DNA of 64,000 nucleotides from Candidatus Woesearchaeota archaeon (GTDB lineage Archaea; Nanobdellota; Nanobdellia; Woesearchaeales; GCA-2686295): NCBI GenBank assembly GCA_013202845.1, contig JABMPT010000011.1, positions 7,669 to 71,668 of the forward strand, read 5' to 3'. Shown piece by piece: positions 56,538 to 64,000 of this stretch (position 1 is its first letter; each line of letters starts with the position of its first letter). The notes under the pieces were generated by a model. It saw only the letters and a program-made list of their open reading frames with translations, ran no database searches and was not told where the DNA came from. The position numbers and the translations under genes were made by a program.

Positions 56538-56938
56538 CTTATAGTATCAAAGCATTTATTCTTAGTAGCCTCATCAACAATCTGCTCACACAACGAAGCA
56601 TCATTTGTGAGCATGGCTCTCCCAAGCAACTTCTTATCAGCAGACGAGGCACCGCCTAACTCCTGCCTCACCTCTTCAGCTGCTTGTTCTAACTCTACTC
56701 GATCTTCAACAATGCCAAAACATTCATTTCTCTTGGCCTCGTCCTCGATCAACTCGCAAGCAGTTTCATCGGCAGCTTTGTAAGCCTTCTCAACTATATA
56801 CTCATCACTAGCACCTTCAGGTATGATGGCCTTTGGCTTTTCAACAACCTCTTCAGGCTTAACATACAAGCTAATAAGATAAACAACTACCACTATCAAA
56901 ACCAACACTCCAATTTCCCATAATTTTAGTTTTGCCAT
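56534..56938 (-). CDS. Membrane-anchored protein with two Cys-pair repeats
   Basis: Start moved to ATG 56938; TM; DETACELIEDEAKRNEC, DASLCEQIVDEATKNKC. Confidence 0.75.
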   Translation of the reverse strand: MAKLKLWEIGVLVLIVVVVYLISLYVKPEEVVEKPKAIIPEGASDEYIVEKAYKAADETACELIEDEAKRNECFGIVEDRVELEQAAEEVRQELGGASSADKKLLGRAMLTNDASLCEQIVDEATKNKCFDTIR

Positions 56939-56940
56939 TT

Positions 56941-59900
56941 TCAATTCGCACCTAGCATCGCACAATCACATGCTCCCGGAGTTCCACACATGGTATATGA
57001 TGTAGAACTACAAGGACTGGTGCAAGTATTGGTAGCTGCTATTACATTTAAATTACATTTAGTTTGAGGAGGACTACAAATTGAACACTCTGAACTTACT
57101 GCATAGTTTGCACTACAATCTCCCCAGGTATCATCACTACAATCTACACAAATATTACGGATACCAACACGCTCATAACATTCTGCAGGGGGAGTACAAG
57201 TTCCGCAACTAACAAATCCCAACCCGCAACCTGCTGCGTGACTGCCACATTCATCATTATTACTCTCGGAACAAGAGACTGAATCACAACAAGTATTTTC
57301 ATAACCAACATCATATCTACAAATAATACCATTCGTGCTGGTTCTTCCAGGACAATCATTAGCCATCACACATTCAACAATTGAAACAGATGGACAAGCG
57401 TCAAGAACCGAACCAGTATAAGGTATATTGAATTTAGGAGTATAACTACTCATTGAAGGGAAAGAGTAATCATAACCAGAAACAGCCACGTTAGTTTGAA
57501 CTGGGGACCCATCAGTTGTATGCTTGTAGAAATCAGCTGTTGCAAATGGTTCGCTGCCAGGACCATACTTTGCCAAAGTGAAAGTAAAAGTATCACTAAC
57601 TAATCCACTAACACTTGAAGTGCCATCACCATCAATCTCACATCTCAAGCAAACAGAACTACCATATTGAGTTGCATCATCAGGACAATCAGGGCAAACA
57701 GGATCATCAAAATCAGCCAAACCATTATCATCCTCATCACCAACAAGATTACAATCTTCTTCAACTACATTTACAGGCGGACACTCAGCTATCACATCAT
57801 AATTAGTAGTATCTTGGAAAACAGCAGTATGTTCCACTGCGGTTGAATAACTAGCAGTAGTAGCCCATGAAGAAGTTCCAGTGCCCCAGAAATATTGAGC
57901 ATCACCAGGTGGTGTATCACCACTATCCTTAAAGAAAGCAGTGTTAGGAGGATTATCTATTGACAGTGGCGGATCAGTACCACCAACCCTTGACAAAGTG
58001 AAAGTAATGGATTCTCCTGTATTAGCAGTTGATGGGACTACAGTACATTCATAACAGGAATTAAGATATTTATTGCGTGGTGCAGGACATGGACACTCAG
58101 AATCACTATAATCAGTGGCTCCATCACCATCATTGTCATCACCATCATTACAAAGACCAGCTTCTGATAATACAGTAACTGTTGGACAAGTAATACTATC
58201 AACAACTCCATCAGTATTGATTTCATGGATGGTTGTCACATAAGAACCAGCAGATGTATAAGTATGACTGAATCCTTGACCATTGGTTCTACCAACATCA
58301 GTACTTGAAACTCCATCTCCGAAAACAGCATGAGCAACTATTATAGTGCTATAACCTGAAGTAAAGTTTATGTTAAAAGTTACAGATTGACCAAGAGGAA
58401 CAGATGTAGCAGAAGGAACACAACTAGCACACAAAGTACAACCAAGCCTGTCACCGGTTGCACAATTACATTCTAGATCACAATAATCAATATCATCATC
58501 ATAACCAGGCAAGCCAAAGACTTCATCACTCACACCATTATTACAATCAGTTTCCAAACCACCAACAGTTATAGTAGGACAAGATATTTTATCTACAACA
58601 CCATCGGCAGATAGTTCTTCCACATAAGGAGAATAAATTCCAGCATTAGCATAACTAAAACTATGAGTCCTGTCTGCACAACCAGAGGTATCATGAATGT
58701 TTCCAACACCAGAGTATATAGAACAATCATCTCCTGAAGTTCCTTCAGTAATATCAAGACTAAAAGTCACAGACTCACCTTCCTCTATAGAAATAGGAGT
58801 AAGAACAGTACAAATCCCACATCTAGCACAGCCAAGTCTTTCTCCTGAATCACAGACTGGACAGTCAGAGTCACAATAATCAAAAGTGTCATCATCATCA
58901 TCATCAACAGTGTTTTGGCAAGAAGATTCAATACAAAAATTATCCACACAACTCATTCCAGCATCACAGAAAGAATCATCTTCACACAATTCATAGCCCT
59001 GACAAAGATTGGCTTGACTTGCGAAGGACAATACCAAACCTCGATTATTCTCCCTGACAAGATTTGACATAGGGTCACAAGCTACCTTCAGATTCAAGTC
59101 ACCCAAGAGAGTACCTGCTTTTATATTACCATCAGCAAGCAAACCAACCGCTCCAACACCAGAGGTTCTTATATTAGCACCACTCCAAGCCATTACTCTA
59201 CCCTCAACATCCAAGTCTTCACGAACATCAACATTGTTAAATCCAGCGTCACCTTCCAAGTTAAGAGTTCTAGGCTTAAACTTGGATAATTGATTGCCTT
59301 CTACAAGTTGGATGTCATCAAAGAAAACAGAGCCTGCGCCATTAACATCCAATCGAACGCCTAGCTCAACAACATCAGGACTAACAGTAGTTGACAAATA
59401 AAATCGAGTCCAAGCACCAACAGTGTTGTCAAGAACAGAATTACCATCCCAAGCACCTGTAGGATAGTGATCATCATCAGGAGTTGAACTAGTATACCAG
59501 AACAAGAACAATTCAACACTCGGTCCAGACTCAAGATAATACCAGCCAGAAAGAGTGAACTGCGTTTGCTCATTAATATTAATAGGAATCTTCTCAGACC
59601 ACCAATACTCTTCACCACTACTAGAGATAAGCTTCCCACTATAAACTCCACTATGAGCTCTGGCTTCACTAAAGCCACTACCATCATCTCCAGTATTAGT
59701 CCAACCGCTAAAAAACTCGAAACCAGGATCATTAACCAGATTATCTATGCCAAACTGGTCACTAGAAGGCCAGCTACTTCTTTTGATTCCTCCAAGAGTT
59801 ATACTACCCGCGTCTAAATTACCAGTTATATCAAGAGTAGGATCAGGAAGAGGATTAACGTCAGGATTTATTTGTGTGTCAAGATAAGTAACTATTCTTT

Positions 59901-61005
59901 GAAAGATATTCCAATTAGTTTCTTCACCGTTAAAAAATTCATCATAACACCTATTATATGTATAGCCAGAAGCAGGGAATGAGGTACTGCAATCAGCTGC
60001 ATCAGGCTCTAGATCACAATAACAGCTATCATCAGGCAGGAAGTTTGGAATATCCATTGTAAAGAAATAATTATAATTAGCATCATAATTCTCCAACAAA
60101 GGAACAATTGTCAAAGTCGATAATCCAAAAACTTCTAAACCTTCATACATCTCAACATTTTCAGGAAAAACAAGAATCGAACCAACAGAGTGAGAAAGAC
60201 TGCCTGAAACACTAAGGTTATCATCAACCACAACTGTTTCAGAAGGATCATGCCAAATAGTGCCAGTAGTCAAACTTAGTGAAGAGTTAACAACAGTGAC
60301 AACACCTGCTTGTGTAGTTGGAAAAGTCGCTGCAACATCACTAATAGACATATCAGGTGAAATAAAAGAAGTTCCAAGCAATAATAAAGGACCAGGACCA
60401 ATAATATCCACCAATCGACTAGCTTCAATATAACCCCATATATTACCAGTCCAGGAATGACCTGCCTGCAAATCAGTATCTCCTTGACTATCAACAAAGT
60501 TGTAGTAAGAAGTCAAAGTGTCGAAATCAACATCTCCACAATGAGTGGTGTTCAAAACAAAGCACTCATGCTTGACCGGCATGACATCCAATATTTCAAA
60601 ATCAGCGCAAGAACTCCATGTTCCTCCTGGTGTTTGAGCATATACAGTTACAAAAGTAGTTTCGTCAACAAGTGGAAAAGTAACATCAGCATACATTTTA
60701 TTGTCAGACATTCCTTCATTAAAAAAATTCAAAATTGAACCTGATGAGTACCAATATCTAGTAACAGGACTATCAGAGCTCCATACTGTGTATGTTACTC
60801 CTTCCTCAACCTGACAAACAACATAATCCTCATTGTCTCTGCTACAGCCTGCATCATAATCGGCTCCACAAATAGCTGAAGTATCCCAAGTTTCACCAAT
60901 TTTTATGTACTTTTCAAACGCTAATACTGGATAAACAGACATAACTACAAGTAGTAAAAAGAAGACAAAAACCCTTTTATGAATTAAGTTCAACACTTTA
61001 ATCAT
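56941..61005 (-). CDS. Large secreted fibre-like protein with CBM4/9-like domain, four PKD-like repeats and Cys-rich tail
   Basis: Signal peptide; LDITGNL/LDVEG beta-repeats; NLVNDPGFE...FFDDIQL; GESVTF, GQSVTF, GESITF, SDTFTF modules each preceded by C.D..D.D.D...DY.D..C. Confidence 0.75.
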   Translation of the reverse strand: MIKVLNLIHKRVFVFFLLLVVMSVYPVLAFEKYIKIGETWDTSAICGADYDAGCSRDNEDYVVCQVEEGVTYTVWSSDSPVTRYWYSSGSILNFFNEGMSDNKMYADVTFPLVDETTFVTVYAQTPGGTWSSCADFEILDVMPVKHECFVLNTTHCGDVDFDTLTSYYNFVDSQGDTDLQAGHSWTGNIWGYIEASRLVDIIGPGPLLLLGTSFISPDMSISDVAATFPTTQAGVVTVVNSSLSLTTGTIWHDPSETVVVDDNLSVSGSLSHSVGSILVFPENVEMYEGLEVFGLSTLTIVPLLENYDANYNYFFTMDIPNFLPDDSCYCDLEPDAADCSTSFPASGYTYNRCYDEFFNGEETNWNIFQRIVTYLDTQINPDVNPLPDPTLDITGNLDAGSITLGGIKRSSWPSSDQFGIDNLVNDPGFEFFSGWTNTGDDGSGFSEARAHSGVYSGKLISSSGEEYWWSEKIPININEQTQFTLSGWYYLESGPSVELFLFWYTSSTPDDDHYPTGAWDGNSVLDNTVGAWTRFYLSTTVSPDVVELGVRLDVNGAGSVFFDDIQLVEGNQLSKFKPRTLNLEGDAGFNNVDVREDLDVEGRVMAWSGANIRTSGVGAVGLLADGNIKAGTLLGDLNLKVACDPMSNLVRENNRGLVLSFASQANLCQGYELCEDDSFCDAGMSCVDNFCIESSCQNTVDDDDDDTFDYCDSDCPVCDSGERLGCARCGICTVLTPISIEEGESVTFSLDITEGTSGDDCSIYSGVGNIHDTSGCADRTHSFSYANAGIYSPYVEELSADGVVDKISCPTITVGGLETDCNNGVSDEVFGLPGYDDDIDYCDLECNCATGDRLGCTLCASCVPSATSVPLGQSVTFNINFTSGYSTIIVAHAVFGDGVSSTDVGRTNGQGFSHTYTSAGSYVTTIHEINTDGVVDSITCPTVTVLSEAGLCNDGDDNDGDGATDYSDSECPCPAPRNKYLNSCYECTVVPSTANTGESITFTLSRVGGTDPPLSIDNPPNTAFFKDSGDTPPGDAQYFWGTGTSSWATTASYSTAVEHTAVFQDTTNYDVIAECPPVNVVEEDCNLVGDEDDNGLADFDDPVCPDCPDDATQYGSSVCLRCEIDGDGTSSVSGLVSDTFTFTLAKYGPGSEPFATADFYKHTTDGSPVQTNVAVSGYDYSFPSMSSYTPKFNIPYTGSVLDACPSVSIVECVMANDCPGRTSTNGIICRYDVGYENTCCDSVSCSESNNDECGSHAAGCGLGFVSCGTCTPPAECYERVGIRNICVDCSDDTWGDCSANYAVSSECSICSPPQTKCNLNVIAATNTCTSPCSSTSYTMCGTPGACDCAMLGAN

Positions 61006-61008
61006 TTA

Positions 61009-62859
61009 TTATATAGTTGGAATACACTGTATAAATGGATATGCAGTACCATCATACAAGTCATCACATACCATGTTTGCCTGACAATCATCCACATCTT
61101 CACAAGGATCACCATCACCACACTGTCCTGCTTGACCAAGCTCTATAACAAAGTCATCACCATCTTGATACATCCTAGGACTGGAACCATCGCAAGCCTT
61201 TCTCAAGTTAACAGCACCCATTAACCTGCTATCAGTCTGAGTAGCGATTACATTACCAGCCACATCTGCATCACCAGCTTTTATATAGCCAGAAACATCT
61301 GCTCTTCCAGCGACAACAAGGTCACCAATCACACTCGCTCCGCTCATAGCAGTCAGGAACCCTTCTGTATACAATTCACCCATCACATCAAGGTCTCCAA
61401 ACTCAGCATCACCTCTGAAATCAAGGAATCGAGGCCTGAACCTGTTGACAGTCCCTCCCTTCTCTAACTGAACATCATCAAAATAAGCCGTAGTAGTACC
61501 TACATTATTCTCATCATAATTGGCATCCAGCCTGACAACCAAATAGGTAGTGGCTGATGGAACAGTAAAAGTGTAATTTAAACGAGTCCAAGCACCAATA
61601 GTAGTTCCTCTTACATAACTACCACTCCAACCTGTAGGATAATAAGTAGAGCCATCATAGGAAGGATACATTAATAAGAATAAATCAACCTCTCCTGACT
61701 CAAGATAATACCAAGCAGAAAAAGTAAACTCAGTATCTTCATACAGAGATATAGGAACTACATCAGACCACCAAAGACTCTCAGGACTCTTAGAAACTAA
61801 TTTTACACTATATTGACCAGTATGAGTTCTAACTGCACTAAAGCCAGAACCAGTATCAGCATTGTCTAAAACCCAAGCATAATCATAATACTCAAATCCA
61901 GGATTCCTTACAAGGTTCTCAATGCCAACCTCTTCAAAACGCTTCTCCCACTGATCCCTACATTCAACAGGATCAACTCCAAGACATATTTCCCCTGAAA
62001 CATCAACATCACCTTCAACATCAAGGTTTGCATTCACATCAATAGGTGCACCAGCGTTTGACAAGCTTTCAATCTTGTGAAGGGTTGTAGAGCCATAAAC
62101 AGTCAAGTCTTTTGGACCTATTAAATCATCATCACCAATCTCAACATTGCTTCCTATTGGCAGTATTCCATCATCCCCTCCTAATATTTGTCCATTAACT
62201 TGCAGACTATTATCAATCACAACAGCCGAACTCGGGTCAGAGTGGGATATACTAGCTCCAGCTGTCAATATCAAACCATCAGCAGTTAATAAACCACTAA
62301 CAGTCGTTGCCGGCAGATCAGCAAGAGTACTAGTAATAGTAACTGTTATCGGGTTTCCTATCTCTATTTTATCATAAGCCCATAAAAAGCCGTAAGAAAC
62401 AACATCTTGGGCGCTTAATGAGTCTACAAAAGCAGCTTCTCCATAAGAATAAACATTAGCACAACTCTGCGTATCAACAACAAAGCACTGGTGACCAAAG
62501 CCTTTCTCTGTTAGAACATCACGTACATCAACTGTTATATCTTCGTCGACATCTGTAGCATTTATATGTATATTATAAGTACCTGCCTTCACAGCAGAAA
62601 AAGTAATATCACAACCTGATTGGTCAGAAAAAGCTGATTGAAAAAGAGGGTCTGTATCATCATAAGGGTAAACAGGACTAGTTATTGTCCAGTCAAAATC
62701 AGCAGTAGTAGGACCACCTGGTGAGGTAAGAACAATACTTTCTCCCTCTAAAATAGGACCATAAGCAGGATCCCCACTACAATCTGCGCTTACAATCCTC
62801 AACATTAATACCAACATCAAAAAGATTAATAATATTGCCCTTTTCATTTTTATTTTCAC
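61009..62859 (-). CDS. Secreted fibre-like protein with CBM4/9-like domain, paralogue of the 1354-aa protein's N-terminal half
   Basis: Signal peptide; NLDVEGDVDVSGEICLG, NLVRNPGFE...YFDDVQLE, GDLDVMGELYTEG. Confidence 0.75.
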   Translation of the reverse strand: MKIKMKRAILLIFLMLVLMLRIVSADCSGDPAYGPILEGESIVLTSPGGPTTADFDWTITSPVYPYDDTDPLFQSAFSDQSGCDITFSAVKAGTYNIHINATDVDEDITVDVRDVLTEKGFGHQCFVVDTQSCANVYSYGEAAFVDSLSAQDVVSYGFLWAYDKIEIGNPITVTITSTLADLPATTVSGLLTADGLILTAGASISHSDPSSAVVIDNSLQVNGQILGGDDGILPIGSNVEIGDDDLIGPKDLTVYGSTTLHKIESLSNAGAPIDVNANLDVEGDVDVSGEICLGVDPVECRDQWEKRFEEVGIENLVRNPGFEYYDYAWVLDNADTGSGFSAVRTHTGQYSVKLVSKSPESLWWSDVVPISLYEDTEFTFSAWYYLESGEVDLFLLMYPSYDGSTYYPTGWSGSYVRGTTIGAWTRLNYTFTVPSATTYLVVRLDANYDENNVGTTTAYFDDVQLEKGGTVNRFRPRFLDFRGDAEFGDLDVMGELYTEGFLTAMSGASVIGDLVVAGRADVSGYIKAGDADVAGNVIATQTDSRLMGAVNLRKACDGSSPRMYQDGDDFVIELGQAGQCGDGDPCEDVDDCQANMVCDDLYDGTAYPFIQCIPTI

Positions 62860-62880
62860 CCTTTATTTTTACGATGATTT

Positions 62881-62905
62881 ATGACACATGTTTTAGATGT
62901 GTCAT
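62881..62905. promoter_or_regulatory. Perfect 9-bp inverted repeat (operator or hairpin)
   Basis: ATGACACAT-n7-ATGTGTCAT in the 59-bp gap upstream of the 616-aa gene. Confidence 0.5.
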
Positions 62906-62918
62906 GATCAAAAAATTT

Positions 62919-63596
62919 TTATGTTTGTGATTTAGCAAAGCACCTCTGTTTTAGGACAGGGTTGCTTATTTGATCGCATAAACTTGAATCGCCTGTTTCT
63001 GCTGCTTCATAAGTGACATCCTCTATTATTTCAAACTCAGTCTTTGTTTGATTGGTCTCATTATCAAAATATATCGGTGGGTCCTTCTCTACTTCTTTTG
63101 CTCCAGTTAATATCAGACATCTGTTCTTTTGTATAGCGTTGGTTATCTGTTCACAAAGCAAAGGATCCTGCTGTTCAACAGCTTGCTGGATTACAGACTC
63201 GTATTCAGGAGGCGTAGCAGGGTTATCAGCGCCTAGCTCCCCAAGAATCGTCTTTTGACAAATATTCTTTTTGATAGGGTTGAATTGGTCGCACGCAGAT
63301 ATATCCCCACTTTCAATTGCCTCCTTAAGCATGTCGTATGATGATTTAGGTTCCTCTATAACAGGATCTTTTAAATAGTATTTATCGACGAATAAACCAA
63401 GAAGTCCAATTACTATTATCACTCCTAGAACAATAGCTCCCACCTCTTCGAACTTCTTTCGTCTCACTTTAGAAGCTGCCTCTTCTACATCCTCTTTTTT
63501 ATTACCAGCCTGGGTCAGTTGGTCTTTTGCCTGAGCAAGAGTTAGCCCTCTATGTGTCGCTTTTTCTAAATAATCTACCAACTGCTGTTTGACCAT
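62919..63596 (-). CDS. Membrane-anchored protein with three Cys-pair repeats and an N-terminal cytoplasmic helical motif
   Basis: LVDYLEKA..RG.....AKDQL.QAG; TM; DISACDQFNPIKKNIC, DPLLCEQITNAIQKNRC, DSSLCDQISNPVLKQRC. Confidence 0.75.
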   Translation of the reverse strand: MVKQQLVDYLEKATHRGLTLAQAKDQLTQAGNKKEDVEEAASKVRRKKFEEVGAIVLGVIIVIGLLGLFVDKYYLKDPVIEEPKSSYDMLKEAIESGDISACDQFNPIKKNICQKTILGELGADNPATPPEYESVIQQAVEQQDPLLCEQITNAIQKNRCLILTGAKEVEKDPPIYFDNETNQTKTEFEIIEDVTYEAAETGDSSLCDQISNPVLKQRCFAKSQT

Positions 63597-63710
63597 CCAA
63601 CCCTTTACCCTCTTTTCTACGAATTCAGACCTTTTCCTATATATAATTTTCGATTTGGAAGAGGAGAGAAATAGATAAGATTTTTATAATCGCAAGCATT
63701 CGAACAGGGT

Positions 63711-64000
63711 ATGAAAGAAGTTTTGGAAAAAATCAGAAAAGAACTAAAGCCTGACACGAGGGTAATCTCTGAAATAGATGAAACTATGGAGAAAATCAAC
63801 TCTTTGCTCAAGAAAGAAGGAGTCAAAGCAGAGTGTGTAAAAGGTGGAAGTATTGCAAAAGGAACTTTTTTGAAAAACGACTATGATGTCGACTTATTCG
63901 TGAGATTTGACTATTCTATGAAGGATAAAAGACTGTCTGATATACTTGAGAAAGTGCTTAGAAAAGGTTTCAAAATCTTCAGAGTCCATGGAAGCAGGGA
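63711..64000 (+). CDS. cca: CCA-adding enzyme (class I), runs off the window end
   Basis: Hand translation MKEVLEKIRKELKPD...KGGSIAKGTFLKNDYDVDLFVRF...RVHGSR. Confidence 0.88.
   Translation, partial: MKEVLEKIRKELKPDTRVISEIDETMEKINSLLKKEGVKAECVKGGSIAKGTFLKNDYDVDLFVRFDYSMKDKRLSDILEKVLRKGFKIFRVHGSR

Noticed and set aside
56941-62859. Provirus tail-fibre region
   Set aside because: The proteins have signal peptides, and no capsid, terminase, portal or integrase genes are nearby

Overview
Gene-dense archaeal window. aIF-2alpha/gamma, aIF-1A, L44e, S27e, L37e, Nop10, GINS, Sm/Lsm, PAC2, Dph2, an S-layer protein and a class I CCA-adding enzyme are all recognisable. Gene content and style suggest a DPANN, probably Woesearchaeota-like, organism (inference). 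1-42 kb is mostly housekeeping and metabolism: a five-gene class III signal peptide (type IV pilin-like) cluster with a vWA protein, tRNA-Leu(TAG), SAM/nucleoside salvage genes, atypical pyrE/pyrF, a permease-methyltransferase fusion and a bacterial-type signal peptidase II. The standout is a ~22 kb minus-strand locus (41.7-63.6 kb). There, one Rhs/YD-repeat shell appears divided into five consecutive genes, each with its own secretion signal, with the Rhs-core piece encoded first and lacking the DPxG self-cleavage motif. The locus also encodes an ABC-2 transporter, two paralogous fibre-like CBM/PKD proteins and four membrane proteins with a shared Cys-pair repeat. All family calls come from motif recognition by eye; no database searches were run.
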